64,000 nt of DNA from the NCBI GenBank assembly GCA_963719515.1, contig CAVRCJ010000013.1, positions 128,001 to 192,000 of the forward strand, in the 5' to 3' direction. This stretch comes from an uncultured cyanobacterium. Its GTDB lineage: Bacteria > Cyanobacteriota > Cyanobacteriia > CAKZMO01. The notes under the pieces were generated by a model, which did not search any database, was not told where the DNA came from, and was given only the letters and a program-made list of their open reading frames with translations. The stretch's first letter is position 1. Every line of letters begins with the position of its first letter. The translations under genes and the position numbers were made by a program. This document shows, one piece after another, positions 1 to 10,987 of the stretch.

Positions 1-1687
1 AGAACAAAATGCTGTCGTGGTCGCAGCAGCTAATGAAGTGCTCGACGCCGTCGTCTTCCTTCATTCGGGCTCCGGCCTTCCCTCGAGTGGCGCGGTTTTG
101 CGCCTCAAAGGCGCTCACCGGCATGCGCTTCAGGTAGCCTTGCTCTGTCAGCATGATGATCGCCTGCTCATTGGCGATCAGATCCATGTCTTCAAGGTCG
201 CCCAGGGTCTGCTCGATTACCGTCATCCGAGGGGTCGAGTAGGCCTGCTTGAGTTCGGTGGCCTCTGTCTCCACGATGTCCAGGATGCGCTCGCGGCGGG
301 CCAGGATATCCTGCAGATCCAAAATCTCTTCCTGGAGCGCTTCGTGCTCCTGCTGGATTTTCTCTGCCTCCAGCGCCGTCAGCCGCCGCAGCTGCATCTG
401 TAGGATGGCGTCTGCTTGGGTATTAGAGAGGGCAAAGCGCTCGGTAAGCTCCTGCCGGGCCGTGGGGGTGTCCGCCGCAGCCCGAATGAGGTGAATGATC
501 TCATCTAAGTTATCGAGGGCAATCAGTAAGCCCTGGAGCAGGTGATCTCGCTCTTCCGCGCGGCGCAGCAGGTACTGGGTGCGCCGGGTAATGGTCTCAA
601 TGCGGAACTCAAGGAACACTTCTAGCGTGCGCTTGATGCTCAGCAGCTGCGGCTCGCCGTCGACAAGGGCCAGCATATTGACGCCAAAGTTAGATTGAAT
701 TGGCGTCTGCTTATAGAGGTTGTTGAGCACCACGCGAGGATAGGCGTCCCGCTTCAGCTCGATAACAATGCGCATACCGGTGCGATCGCTCTCGTCGCGA
801 ATGTCGGAGATGCCGTCCAGGCGGCGATCGTTCACCAACTCGGCGATTTTCTCAATCAGCGCCGCTTTGTTGGTTTGATAGGGCAGCTCGGTCACGATGA
901 TGGCTTCACGGTCAGGGCGACCCCGCTGCTCTAAGGTCTCAATCTCCGCGACGCCCCGCATTGTAATCGAGCCACGCCCGGTGATATAGGCATCTCGGAT
1001 ACCGCTAGTCCCCAAAATTTTTCCCCCTGTGGGAAAGTCAGGGCCGGGTATATGGCGGCGCAGCTCTTCGTCTGATATTTCGGGCTGATGAATCAGGGCC
1101 ACCAAACCATCCACAATCTCGCCCAAATTATGGGGAGGAATGTTAGTGGCCATGCCCACAGCGATGCCAGATGAACCGTTGAGCAGCAGCTGGGGAATCC
1201 GCGCCGGCATGACCACGGGCTCTTGCTGAGAGCCATCGAAGTTGTCGGCAAAATCGACCGTTTCCGCCTCGATATCCTGAAGCAGGGCGTTAGAGGTCAG
1301 CGCCTGCAGGCGACACTCGGTGTATCGCATAGCGGCGGGTGGGTCGTTGTCAACGGAGCCAAAGTTGCCGTGCCCGTTGATGAGCGGCAGCCGCATGGAA
1401 AAGTTCTGTGCCATGCGAACCAGGGCATCGTAGACAGCGGTATCCCCGTGGGGATGATACTTGCCCAGCACTTCCCCAACGACGCGAGCGCACTTCCGGA
1501 ATGGACGATCCGCCGTCAGACCCAGCTCATGCATGGCGTAGAGAATTCGCCGGTGTACAGGCTTCAGGCCATCGCGGGCGTCAGGCAATGCCCGCCCGAC
1601 AATGACGCTCATGGCGTACTCTAAGTAGGACCGAGACATCTCGTTGCGGAGATCTGTTGAGATGATCCGCTCTTGGGGAATGCTCAT
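1..1687 (-). CDS. gyrA: DNA gyrase subunit A (5' part; runs off the window start)
   Basis: Minus-strand frame from ATG at 1687 reads [47 protein letters not shown]...GKYHPHGD...PPAAMRYTE (catalytic Tyr)...[18 protein letters not shown]. It is absent from the ORF track because no stop falls inside the window. Confidence 0.95.
   Translation of the reverse strand, partial: MSIPQERIISTDLRNEMSRSYLEYAMSVIVGRALPDARDGLKPVHRRILYAMHELGLTADRPFRKCARVVGEVLGKYHPHGDTAVYDALVRMAQNFSMRLPLINGHGNFGSVDNDPPAAMRYTECRLQALTSNALLQDIEAETVDFADNFDGSQQEPVVMPARIPQLLLNGSSGIAVGMATNIPPHNLGEIVDGLVALIHQPEISDEELRRHIPGPDFPTGGKILGTSGIRDAYITGRGSITMRGVAEIETLEQRGRPDREAIIVTELPYQTNKAALIEKIAELVNDRRLDGISDIRDESDRTGMRIVIELKRDAYPRVVLNNLYKQTPIQSNFGVNMLALVDGEPQLLSIKRTLEVFLEFRIETITRRTQYLLRRAEERDHLLQGLLIALDNLDEIIHLIRAAADTPTARQELTERFALSNTQADAILQMQLRRLTALEAEKIQQEHEALQEEILDLQDILARRERILDIVETEATELKQAYSTPRMTVIEQTLGDLEDMDLIANEQAIIMLTEQGYLKRMPVSAFEAQNRATRGKAGARMKEDDGVEHFISCCDHDSILF
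782..789. repeat. HIP1 octamer GCGATCGC (one example; dozens of copies across the window)
   Basis: Recurs throughout coding and non-coding DNA (e.g. 782, 2062); a hallmark of cyanobacterial genomes. Confidence 0.95.
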
Positions 1688-1930
1688 ACGTTTTGAAACC
1701 CGAAAAAAACTAGACTCCCAGGCAGCCACTAAATGCAGCGCCTGCAGAGGGAAAATTACGTGTCGTAGTGCTGTGTCTTAATTCCCCCATTTTAGCATGC
1801 GCAGCGTAATCGGTTTGGTCCTTTGCCCGTAACGGTTACATCGAATTTTGACCGACCTATCGACTTCCGCTTTGAGACAGAATCCCGCTAAAATAACGTG
1901 GCACTCCAAAGACCTGGGAGGCTGCGCGTC

Positions 1931-2863
1931 ATGCTGCCCATATTCTATTCGGACCAGTTTCTTGACCATGACACAGGAGCCTTTCACCCCGAAAACGCAG
2001 GGCGATTGACCGCCGTTGTTGCGGCGCTAAAAGGTCTTCCCTTCTCAGGGCAGCTGGCGTGGCGATCGCCCACGCCAGTGGCGCAACAGGAGCGCCTGCG
2101 CCAGGCCATTGACGCCGTACATGCGCCCCGCTACCTCAAGCAGCTGCAGCAAGTGGCCGATGCCGGGGGGGGGCCCCTTGATGCCGACACTTTGATGTCT
2201 TCTCGTAGCTTTGAGGTCGCGCAGCTTGCCGTTAGCGCCTGGCTAGACAGCGTTGATTACGCCCACCAGCACCAAAGGCCGAGCTATGCCCTAACTAGGC
2301 CCCCAGGCCACCACGCGCTGTCCGACCGAGGCATGGGGTTTTGCTTACTGTCTAATGCGGCGATCGCCGCTCACTACGCACTGACGCTGCCGGGCATCGA
2401 TCGCGTCGCAGTTCTAGATTGGGACGTTCACCACGGCAACGGGACGCAGGCCATCGTAGAAACCCATCCTCAGATCGCCTACTGCTCTCTGCACGAATTT
2501 CCCCACTACCCCGGCACCGGCAGTGCAGCAGAAACCGGACAGCACAACAACGTTTTAAATCTTCCTTTGAAAGCGGGGTGTGACATTCAAGAGTACGATC
2601 TAGCGATGCGCGACCGCGCCTTGCCATTTCTAGAACAGTGGCGTCCTGACCTCTTGGTTATCAGCGCTGGATACGACGCCAGCCGGGCGGATCCGCTGTC
2701 TAGGCAAAATCTGCGTCCTGCTGACTACGGCCTGCTGACGCGACGGTGTTTAGCCTTGACCTCGGCGATCGCGTTTGGGCTAGAAGGGGGCTACGAGCAC
2801 AATGACCTGGCCATGTGCGTTTCGGCAACTCTTGAAGCCTGCCTCAGTGAATCGACGAGCTGA
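1931..2863 (+). CDS. Histone deacetylase family protein (acetoin/polyamine deacetylase-like)
   Basis: HPENAGRL, RPPGHHA, GFC, DWDVHHGNGTQ, SAGYD and LEGGY motifs; ATG at 1931. Confidence 0.92.
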   Translation: MLPIFYSDQFLDHDTGAFHPENAGRLTAVVAALKGLPFSGQLAWRSPTPVAQQERLRQAIDAVHAPRYLKQLQQVADAGGGPLDADTLMSSRSFEVAQLAVSAWLDSVDYAHQHQRPSYALTRPPGHHALSDRGMGFCLLSNAAIAAHYALTLPGIDRVAVLDWDVHHGNGTQAIVETHPQIAYCSLHEFPHYPGTGSAAETGQHNNVLNLPLKAGCDIQEYDLAMRDRALPFLEQWRPDLLVISAGYDASRADPLSRQNLRPADYGLLTRRCLALTSAIAFGLEGGYEHNDLAMCVSATLEACLSESTS

Positions 2864-2961
2864 AAGTGCCGCATTGCCCCAAAATTCACTGAGATTTGAC
2901 TTTTATCAACGGTATGACATGTAACAGTTGAGTCACGATATCGGCGAACGCATCTGATAGC

Positions 2962-3096
2962 CTACACCAGCCGGTCAGCGTTGCTGCAGTCGTGAATCTC
3001 TGGGTCGCAGCCTGGACTTTTAGCCGTTGGGTCGAGCGCCCGACCTCCCATAGCGCCAAGTACTAAAACAAGCAGGAAAGTAGACACATATTTCAT
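2962..3096 (-). CDS. Small (44 aa) putative secreted/membrane peptide
   Basis: MKYVSTFLLVLVLGAMGGRALDPTAKSPGCDPEIHDCSNADRLV*. AGAGGA RBS-like motif upstream and a signal-peptide-like N-terminus. Confidence 0.55.
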   Translation of the reverse strand: MKYVSTFLLVLVLGAMGGRALDPTAKSPGCDPEIHDCSNADRLV

Positions 3097-3450
3097 CTGT
3101 AAGTAGTCCTCTAGATAGATGCACGTCTAAATAGAGAGTGCCGCCAGATTTATGCAGGATTATTCAGGGGGCCTACTGAAAACTGCGAGATCTTGAAGAG
3201 AATCTAAAGATTCTGTCGGTGCGATTACGGATTGCGCTCTGTTATCGTCAGGTTGTCTAGCGCTTACGGCTACCGAGGTTTAGGATGTTGTCGTTAGGAC
3301 ATTAGCTTTGAAGAACATTTCAGACGCTCGCCTAACTCGTGCGAGTTATTCTGAGAACCTGCGCTATGGGGCTTCAGCCGAGGTTAAGATTTATTAACTT
3401 TGGTATCCCCCTAGATATTTAATCAATAAGACGGTACTATTAGTTTCAAC

Positions 3451-3654
3451 ATGGTGTTCAGTCAGCAACCCATTAAGCTTGGCCAGTTTTTAAAGATAAA
3501 GCAGGTTGTTCAGACCGGCGGGCAGGCAAAGATGCTTGTTCAATCTGGCGAGGTGCTTGTCAACGGAGCTGTTGAAACGCAGCGAGGCCGCAAGCTTTTT
3601 CCAGGCGATTGCGTGGAAGTATTCAACTCAACTTATCAGGTTGATGCTGAGTAG
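3451..3654 (+). CDS. RNA-binding S4 domain protein (YaaA/YbcJ-like)
   Basis: IKLGQFLK...TGGQAK...GEVLVNGAVETQRGRKLFPGD. Confidence 0.9.
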   Translation: MVFSQQPIKLGQFLKIKQVVQTGGQAKMLVQSGEVLVNGAVETQRGRKLFPGDCVEVFNSTYQVDAE

Positions 3655-3952
3655 TGTTTTCACTCTCAGAGATTGAATCCTAAGGGCTTGTCCCCCAGGT
3701 TTACGCTGTAGCAGCGCTCGAGCGAGCGAGCTTGTGCAAGCCTGTAGCTGAATTAACGCTAGAGACAGGGTGTGTGCGGTGCGTTTGGAGCTTTTCCGAG
3801 ACGCTCCGTTTTCATAAGTGCGAAGCTGGCTGCGTCAAAGCGGTTTTGATTGAGCCTTACGTCGAGCTGATTTGGTCATCAGGGCATCTCTGCGTTCTGG
3901 CGCTGCGCCGAGCACCATTCTCACCATCACATTATTATGTAGAGGAATTAGT

Positions 3953-4135
3953 ATGACTCCGTCCAACGAACTGCCTAAGTTTTTAGCAGATATTCATCGA
4001 AACTCATGGCAGGCGCGTGTCAGACAGCTAAAGCGGGAGCTGTCTCGAAAGAGCGAACCCCCTGCATTTAGCGGTGGCCGCCGATCTACAAAGCGCTCCA
4101 AGCCTCGTCGCTACAATGCAGCCCACAGCAGCTAA
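3953..4135 (+). CDS. Small basic hypothetical protein (60 aa)
   Basis: AGAGGA RBS just before ATG 3953; Arg/Lys-rich ORF ending 30 nt before the next gene. Confidence 0.5.
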   Translation: MTPSNELPKFLADIHRNSWQARVRQLKRELSRKSEPPAFSGGRRSTKRSKPRRYNAAHSS

Positions 4136-4165
4136 AAGCCTCGTCATGCGGCCAGTCCCATCGAA

Positions 4166-5458
4166 ATGAGTTCAGGTAAGGCTATGACGAACGATTCAAC
4201 ACCTGCTCACTCAAGGGATCTCTCCTCGTCCCCCCTCAGTGGTGAACAGGGCCGCGAGCAAGATGCTCAGTTGCCCAAAGATATTAGGGATATCGACCCG
4301 TCCAGCACTATCAGCCAGCGTCGAGCTTGCTATGAGCAAGCCGTGCGCACCGCCATCGCCCATCAATTTCCCCTTGGGAAAGAGGACCTTTGGAGCCTAA
4401 AGCGTCTGCAGCAAGAGCTGCAGGTTCCCGATGACGTCGCTCAAGCGATCAACCGTCACATTGTTTCGCTTGCGGCAGAGGAAGAGTCCCGATACCAAGA
4501 GCTGCTTCAGCGCTACGAGGTTCAATTCCAGGCCGTTTTAGAGAAGAAGCGTATGGTGTCTGATGCCGATCGGCGTCAGCTCACCCAGCGCCTCTCTCAA
4601 TGGGGAATTGCATCGAGTGATGCGGCCATTGTCGAGCGGCAAGTGCGCGCCCAGTATCAAGCTAGCCAGGTCTCCGCTCGGGCTAGCTCCGATCCTGCCG
4701 CCCGGAAGTCGTTTCGAGATTTAGAGGCAACTCGATTAGAGGGATTTGCTCTCCCGGTGTCAGAAGGTCATCTGTCGCCAGATCCGTCTTCCTCGGACTC
4801 GCCGTTAGCACCCCTAAGCAGGGCGTCCTCTGCTTATTCTGACCCCATGGTGCAGGAGACCCTAGACGAGCCTGAGCGCGATCAGATACGCGGCGCTCAT
4901 GGCGGCAGCACGCCTGATTACGGCACGTTAGAGGCTTTACTGCAGGCAGGAAATTGGGAGCAGGCAGACCATGAAACTTACCGGTGCCTGCTGCAGGCCA
5001 GCGATCGCACCTCCGAGGGCTGGCTAGACAAAGCGTCACTGCTTGAAACGTTGCCTGATGAGGACTTAGGACAGATTGATCGTCTTTGGCAAACCTACAG
5101 CGACGGTCACTTTGGCTTCAGCGTTCAGCGCGATATCTTTTTGGAGCTGGTTGCCGCCGACTCAGCCCATAGGACAAGCCCAATGAGCTTTAGTCAGCAG
5201 ATTGGCTGGATGCTTTTAGATAAACCTTTCCTAGGATTTAAATACTACCGACAGCTGGACTTTAGCCTAGATGCGCCGAGGGGGCACCTACCCGCCAAGT
5301 GGTTTTGGGAAATTCCGTGGCAGCAGGCCCTAAAATGCGGTGGCCTAGGCGTGGGTCGGGGGGGCTGCGGCAAGGACGGCGGCCTGCTCGCAGCGCTGTA
5401 CGACGTCCGGCTAGCGGGGGCTTCAGGTCAACCGCAGGCTAGTGGCTCGCCCCAATAG
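4166..5458 (+). CDS. GUN4 domain-containing protein with helical N-terminal extension
   Basis: C-terminal DYGTLEALLQAGNWEQADHET...IDRLWQTYSDGHFGFSVQRDI...APRGHLP is the GUN4 domain signature. Confidence 0.88.
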   Translation: MSSGKAMTNDSTPAHSRDLSSSPLSGEQGREQDAQLPKDIRDIDPSSTISQRRACYEQAVRTAIAHQFPLGKEDLWSLKRLQQELQVPDDVAQAINRHIVSLAAEEESRYQELLQRYEVQFQAVLEKKRMVSDADRRQLTQRLSQWGIASSDAAIVERQVRAQYQASQVSARASSDPAARKSFRDLEATRLEGFALPVSEGHLSPDPSSSDSPLAPLSRASSAYSDPMVQETLDEPERDQIRGAHGGSTPDYGTLEALLQAGNWEQADHETYRCLLQASDRTSEGWLDKASLLETLPDEDLGQIDRLWQTYSDGHFGFSVQRDIFLELVAADSAHRTSPMSFSQQIGWMLLDKPFLGFKYYRQLDFSLDAPRGHLPAKWFWEIPWQQALKCGGLGVGRGGCGKDGGLLAALYDVRLAGASGQPQASGSPQ

Positions 5459-5552
5459 ACGGCCCTAGCGGCCCGCCTTAAACCCGCCTGTTTGAACTTA
5501 TAGGTCGGTTATGCTGGACGGGCTACTCAATCAGTCCAAAGGAGCCTCTATC

Positions 5553-6524
5553 GTGACGAGTCCACGCGTACTCTGCCTGGGTGAAATTTTGTTTGACCTA
5601 ATTTCCGAGCAGCCGGGAGTGCCCTACGAATCGGTGTCTTCCTGGAAGGCCTATCCCGGCGGGGCCCCGGCAAACGTGGCCTGTGCGCTGGTAAAGCTGG
5701 GAACCCCTGCCGGTTTTCTGGGCTGCGTTGGGCGCGATAGTCCGGGGCGCGAGCTTGTGCAGCTGCTGGATAATATTGGCGTGGCGACGGAGGCCGTTCA
5801 GCGCCACGAGACTCAGCCGACGCGGGAAATCTACGTCATCCGTACCGCTGACGGCGATCGCCAGTTTGTAGGCTTTGGCGATCGCGATACGAGCGAGTTT
5901 GCCGATACCGCGCTGCAGGCCGGCCAGATCTCGCCAGAGCTCTTTGAGCGCGCCGACTACCTGGTGCTGGGCTCCCTAGAGCTGCCCTACGCCGATACCG
6001 CTGAGGCGATTCATCGGGCGCTCGACCTAGCCAAGCAGTACGGCGTGAAGGTTGTGCTAGACGTCAACTGGCGGCCCATGTTTTGGCCCAACCCCGATGA
6101 GGCTAAGCCCGCCGTCCTTGACTTGATTCAGCGAGCCGACATCCTCAAGCTGTCGGATGAGGAGGCCGAGTGGCTGTTTGATACGACTGACCCCGGCGCG
6201 ATCGCCAGCCAGCTGGGTAGCGTAGATGCGGTGATGGTCACTGCCGGAGCCAAGGGGTGCGCCTACTGGCTGTTGGGTAACCAGGGCGATCGCCCAGCCT
6301 TTGAGGTCGCAGTAGAAGAAACGACGGGGGCAGGAGACAGCTTTTTAGCCGGGTTCCTCCATCAGCTCTGTACCCAAGGGGTTGAGGCCATGGGCCAAGC
6401 CGACGCGGCCGGCGAGGCCATCACCTATGCCTGCGCCGTCGGAGCTCTGACCACTATGCGCCCTGGGGCGATCGCGGCTCAGCCCACGGCGGACGAAGTC
6501 GATCGCTTTTTGCAGTCGCAGTAA
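5553..6524 (+). CDS. PfkB family carbohydrate kinase (fructokinase-like)
   Basis: GGAPANVA, DVNWRP and ETTGAGDSF motifs. GTG start chosen after GGAG; the ORF track starts at 5511. Confidence 0.92.
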   Translation: MTSPRVLCLGEILFDLISEQPGVPYESVSSWKAYPGGAPANVACALVKLGTPAGFLGCVGRDSPGRELVQLLDNIGVATEAVQRHETQPTREIYVIRTADGDRQFVGFGDRDTSEFADTALQAGQISPELFERADYLVLGSLELPYADTAEAIHRALDLAKQYGVKVVLDVNWRPMFWPNPDEAKPAVLDLIQRADILKLSDEEAEWLFDTTDPGAIASQLGSVDAVMVTAGAKGCAYWLLGNQGDRPAFEVAVEETTGAGDSFLAGFLHQLCTQGVEAMGQADAAGEAITYACAVGALTTMRPGAIAAQPTADEVDRFLQSQ

Positions 6525-6585
6525 CCTTACCGCTAGGGCAACGGAAGAAACGCCTTTGCTCTTTGTGTAGATGAGGTTCAGCAGT

Positions 6586-7061
6586 ATGGGCACCGAAATT
6601 GAGCGAAAGTTTTTGGTTACGGGAGAAGGCTGGCGGCAGCTGGCCTCCGGCACCGCATACCGTCAGGGCTATATTCGCGCAGCCGGACGCAAAATCAAAC
6701 TACGGTGAGGGTGCGGCGGGCCGGGGACAGAGGCTACATCACGATTAAAGGGCCTACCGTAGGGCTTGCCCGGGCGGAGTTTGAATATGAGATTCCGGTC
6801 GAGGACGCCGATGAGATGCTGACAACCCTCTGCGATCGCCCCCTCATTGAAAAGCGCCGCTACAGGATTCCGGTCGGCGAGGTGACTTGGGAAATCGACG
6901 AATTTTACGGAGAAAACCAGGGCCTAATTTTGGCGGAGGTCGAGCTGACAACGGCGGACCAGCCGCTGGACGCGCCGAGCTGGATCGGCCCAGAGGTCTC
7001 TCAAGACCCGCGCTATTTCAATTCTAATTTGGCTGAGCGGCCCTACAGCCGCTGGCAGTGA
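6586..7061 (+). pseudogene. CYTH domain protein (CyaB-like), frameshifted
   Basis: MGTEIERKFLV...YRQGYI begins at ATG 6586 and stops at TGA 6706-6708. TVRVR...TIKG...EFEYEIP...IEKRRY...WEIDEF...LAEVEL continues in another frame to 7061. The span is 2 nt over a multiple of 3. Confidence 0.85.
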
Positions 7062-7153
7062 CGCTCGGCGCCGTGGCCGCAGGCCGATGTTTTGCCGTCA
7101 AATTCGCAAATGAAGTACTATTTAGTCGAGAATCAACCCCGCCAGCAAGCCGC

Positions 7154-9871
7154 ATGACTGTAACCCCGCCGACCCTACCCAGCCAGTACGACCCGTCCTT
7201 AACGGAGTCAAAGTGGCAGCAAGCCTGGGAAGACAATCATGCATTTAAAGCCGACCCCGACGCACCGGGAGAGCCCTACTGCGTCGTCATTCCCCCGCCC
7301 AACGTCACCGGCAGCCTGCATATGGGTCACGCGTTCGAGAGCGCACTGATCGACCTGCTGGTGCGCTACCACCGGATGCGAGGACGCAACACCCTGTGGC
7401 TCCCCGGCACCGATCACGCCAGCATTGCGGTGCAGACCATCTTGGAGCGGCAGCTGAAGGCTGAAGGGAAGACGCGAGACGACGTCGGGCGCGATCGCTT
7501 TTTAGAGCGGGCCTGGGCTTGGAAAGCAGAGTCCGGAGGCACCATCGTCAACCAGCTGCGGCGGCTCGGTGTGTCGGTGGACTGGTCGCGGGAGCGCTTT
7601 ACCCTAGATGAGGGGCTGTCTAAAGCCGTTGCTGAGGCGTTTGTACAGCTCTACAACGACGACCTCATCTATCGCGGCAACTATTTGGTGAACTGGTGTC
7701 CCGCCAGCCAGTCCGCCGTCTCGGACTTGGAGGTGGAGACCAAAGAGGTAGACGGCCACCTGTGGCACTTTCGCTATCCCCTCACCGACGGCAGCGGCTC
7801 CGTTGAGGTGGCCACCACCCGGCCAGAGACCATGCTGGGGGACACAGGCGTGGCGGTGAACCCCAACGACGATCGCTACCGCGAGCTGGTGGGCAAAACC
7901 CTGACGCTGCCTCTAGTGGGGCGGGAGATTCCCATCGTGGCCGACGAGCTGGTGGACCCAGAATTTGGAACGGGCTGCGTCAAGGTCACCCCCGCCCATG
8001 ACCCCAACGACTTTGAAATGGGCCGCCGTCATAACCTGCCGTTTATCAACATCATGAACAAAGACGGTACCCTCAACGACAATGCCGGAGAGTTTGCAGG
8101 GCAAGACCGCTTTGACGCCCGCAAAAACGTTGTCGCGCGGCTCAAGAACATAGGGGTGCTGGTCAAAACGGAAGACTATCGCCACGCCGTTCCCTACAGC
8201 GATCGCGGTAAGGTGCCCGTAGAGCCGCTGCTGTCCACCCAGTGGTTTGTAAAAATTCGGCCTTTGGCGGACCGGGCGCTGCAGAGCCTAGAGGCCCAAG
8301 AGCCCCGCTTCGTTCCTGAGCGGTGGACTAAGGTCTACCGCGACTGGCTGGTAAACCTGAGGGACTGGTGCATCTCGCGGCAGCTGTGGTGGGGCCATCA
8401 GATTCCGGCCTGGTACGTGGTCAGTGAAACTGACGGCGCAGTTACCGACGATACGCCCTTTATCGTGGCCCGCTCCGAAGGGGAGGCGATCGCCCAGGCG
8501 CGGGAAAAATTTGGCCCTGGCGCAGCGCTGGTTCAAGATGCCGACGTCCTCGATACCTGGTTCTCCTCAGGGCTATGGCCCTTCTCCACCATGGGCTGGC
8601 CTGAACAAACCGCAGATCTAGCCGCCTACTACCCCACCACTACCCTGGTCACCGGGTTCGACATTATCTTCTTCTGGGTAGCTCGCATGACTCTGATGGC
8701 GGGCTACTTTACCGACCAAATGCCTTTCGAGACGGTCTACATTCACGGCCTGGTGCGGGACGAGAACAACAAGAAGATGTCGAAGTCGGCCAATAACGGC
8801 ATCAATCCGCTGATTTTAATGGATAAGTACGGCACCGACGCCGTCCGCTATACCCTGGTGCGGGAGGTAACCGGCGCGGGGCAAGACATCCGCATTGAGT
8901 ACGACCGCAAGACGGACGAATCCACCTCGGTGGAAGCGAGCCGCAACTTCACCAACAAGCTGTGGAACGCGGCCCGCTTCGTGATGATGAATCTAGAGGG
9001 CAAGTCGCCCTTCGAACTCGGTGAGCCTGACCCCGCTGCCCTGGAGCTGAGCGATCGCTGGATTTTGTCTCGCTTTCATCGGGTGGCCCAGACCACCTGC
9101 CGGTACCTCAACCAGTACGGGATGGGGGAAGCGGCTAAAGAGCTCTACGAGTTCACCTGGGGAGATTTTTGCGACTGGTACATCGAGCTGGTCAAGTCTC
9201 GGCTCAACGGTGAGGATGCCCGGTCCCGGCAGGCGGCTCAGCAGACTCTGGCCATCGTGCTGGACGGCATTCTGCGGATGCTGCACCCTTTCATGCCCCA
9301 CATCACCGAAGAGATCTGGCACACCCTGACTCAGAGCAGCGACAGCGTCTTCTTGGCCCGCCAAGCCTATCCTACGGGCGACTCAGCGCTGATTCGCGCA
9401 GATGTGGAAACTACCGTAACCACCATTATTGAGGCGATTCGCACCGTTCGTAACCTCAGAGCCGAGGCCAGCGTTAAGCCCAGCACCGCTATTCGCGTCA
9501 TTTTACAGAGCGATCGCGCTGAGGAGCGCGATACGCTCCGTCAGGGAGAGACCTACATCAAAGATCTCGCTCGGGTGGCAACTTTAGATATTACAGAGAG
9601 CGCTCCAGAACAGAAGATGTTTACCGGTGTTACCGGTACAATTCAGGTGCTGATGCCTCTAGAAGGCTTTGTAGATATCGCTGCGCTGCGCAGTAAGGTC
9701 GAAAAAGATCTAGGAAAGATTAATCGGGAGGTGGCCGCGCTGCAAAATCGGTTGAACAATGCAGGATTTGTTAAAAAGGCCCCGCCTGAGGTTGTGGATG
9801 GGGCGCGGCAGGCGCTATCGGAAGCTCAAAAGCAGGCCAGCATTTTGAACGCTCGCCTCGATCAGATATAG
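7154..9871 (+). CDS. valS: Valine--tRNA ligase
   Basis: [34 protein letters not shown] and KMSKS motifs plus a C-terminal coiled coil. Confidence 0.98.
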   Translation: MTVTPPTLPSQYDPSLTESKWQQAWEDNHAFKADPDAPGEPYCVVIPPPNVTGSLHMGHAFESALIDLLVRYHRMRGRNTLWLPGTDHASIAVQTILERQLKAEGKTRDDVGRDRFLERAWAWKAESGGTIVNQLRRLGVSVDWSRERFTLDEGLSKAVAEAFVQLYNDDLIYRGNYLVNWCPASQSAVSDLEVETKEVDGHLWHFRYPLTDGSGSVEVATTRPETMLGDTGVAVNPNDDRYRELVGKTLTLPLVGREIPIVADELVDPEFGTGCVKVTPAHDPNDFEMGRRHNLPFINIMNKDGTLNDNAGEFAGQDRFDARKNVVARLKNIGVLVKTEDYRHAVPYSDRGKVPVEPLLSTQWFVKIRPLADRALQSLEAQEPRFVPERWTKVYRDWLVNLRDWCISRQLWWGHQIPAWYVVSETDGAVTDDTPFIVARSEGEAIAQAREKFGPGAALVQDADVLDTWFSSGLWPFSTMGWPEQTADLAAYYPTTTLVTGFDIIFFWVARMTLMAGYFTDQMPFETVYIHGLVRDENNKKMSKSANNGINPLILMDKYGTDAVRYTLVREVTGAGQDIRIEYDRKTDESTSVEASRNFTNKLWNAARFVMMNLEGKSPFELGEPDPAALELSDRWILSRFHRVAQTTCRYLNQYGMGEAAKELYEFTWGDFCDWYIELVKSRLNGEDARSRQAAQQTLAIVLDGILRMLHPFMPHITEEIWHTLTQSSDSVFLARQAYPTGDSALIRADVETTVTTIIEAIRTVRNLRAEASVKPSTAIRVILQSDRAEERDTLRQGETYIKDLARVATLDITESAPEQKMFTGVTGTIQVLMPLEGFVDIAALRSKVEKDLGKINREVAALQNRLNNAGFVKKAPPEVVDGARQALSEAQKQASILNARLDQI

Positions 9872-10331
9872 CTCTGGCTCAGGAGACATTTCGGTTTGAA
9901 TGGCGGTTCCCTAAACCGCTGATATACTAGACCAAGGGTAGTAGCTATCGCGCTGGATGAATAAACTGGGCCGTTACTGTGGCCATTAAATATTTTCTCA
10001 GCGCTGCGATCGTCTCGATAGCTTGCGGTTTTGCGGATTGATTGACTCAGGGGCTCGATGGGCCAAGGCTCGTGGCACATTAACAGCTTAGATTTTACTG
10101 GGCAGATCGCTCGCGCGGCGTGAGGCCGAGATTACTGCTGAAAAAGGCGGGGTTCGGCGACAAAATGTCTCGTAGCGATTGTTTAAAGCCCCAGCGTCGA
10201 TAAAATTTATCCACAACTCATAAACATGCTGTCTTAAGTCAAATCTTCACAGGATTCAAATACCTTTTGGAGAGCGACTTGCAAAATATAGAGATATACT
10301 AACGTTCGAGGATTGGCTAAGCATCACTGCA

Positions 10332-10889
10332 ATGCTCTATCTGGCTAAAGTGCGAAGAAACAACGACAAAGATGATTCACAGCTTCTGCTGATGGCGCAA
10401 CAGAGTGCTGAGCAGGACTGGATTGCCTTACCAACAGGCGCAGAGGAGATCGTTCTCCTAGCGGCCCAGGGGGTTGAGCGATACAGCGATGGCGATGCTA
10501 TTTTAATTGAGCTGAGCAGCGAGAACGAGATCACCACTGTCAAAGACGCAACCGCGTGGCTGCTCGATTTGGTCAGTCGGTATCTCACAGCTGGGCTGAC
10601 CCCGGAAGATTTAAAGTCAGAAACTGAGCGCATCGAGCAGTGGAGAAAATCGCTGACGCTTCAGAGTCAAGACGTGGTCCGGCAGACGCTGGAAATCGAG
10701 ACACGCCGAGACCAAATTCAAGAGCTAGAAACCAAGCTGGAGCAAGAGCATAAACAGCTGGGTGAAACGATGGATGAGCTTCGAGAGATCAAGAAAAAGC
10801 TTGAGCAGGAGCGGAATCAGCTGAATGTGTTGGAGGCTCCTGAGGATGCGGACACCCGGCTCCCAGATCCAACCAATACCCTAGGCTAA
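10332..10889 (+). CDS. Cyanobacterial coiled-coil protein resembling the N-terminus of HmpF
   Basis: MLYLAKV...IEQWRKSLTLQSQ...EIETRR followed by a coiled coil; the resemblance is recalled, not searched. Confidence 0.65.
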   Translation: MLYLAKVRRNNDKDDSQLLLMAQQSAEQDWIALPTGAEEIVLLAAQGVERYSDGDAILIELSSENEITTVKDATAWLLDLVSRYLTAGLTPEDLKSETERIEQWRKSLTLQSQDVVRQTLEIETRRDQIQELETKLEQEHKQLGETMDELREIKKKLEQERNQLNVLEAPEDADTRLPDPTNTLG

Positions 10890-10948
10890 TTTAGGAGAGA
10901 CAAGGGGCTCTTGCCGACGCTCTGCGATCGCCTCCCTGTTGCGCCGAG

Positions 10949-10978
10949 TTCTGGTAGCCGCGCTCGTGGCTACCAGAA
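10949..10978. terminator. Stem-loop between convergent genes
   Basis: TTCTGGTAGCCGC-GCTC-GTGGCTACCAGAA inverted repeat between the stops at 10889 and 10988. Confidence 0.6.
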
Positions 10979-10987
10979 GATAGACCT

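Noticed and set aside
17..1624. Several plus-strand ORFs in the track
   Set aside because: Antisense shadows of gyrA, which occupies the minus strand.
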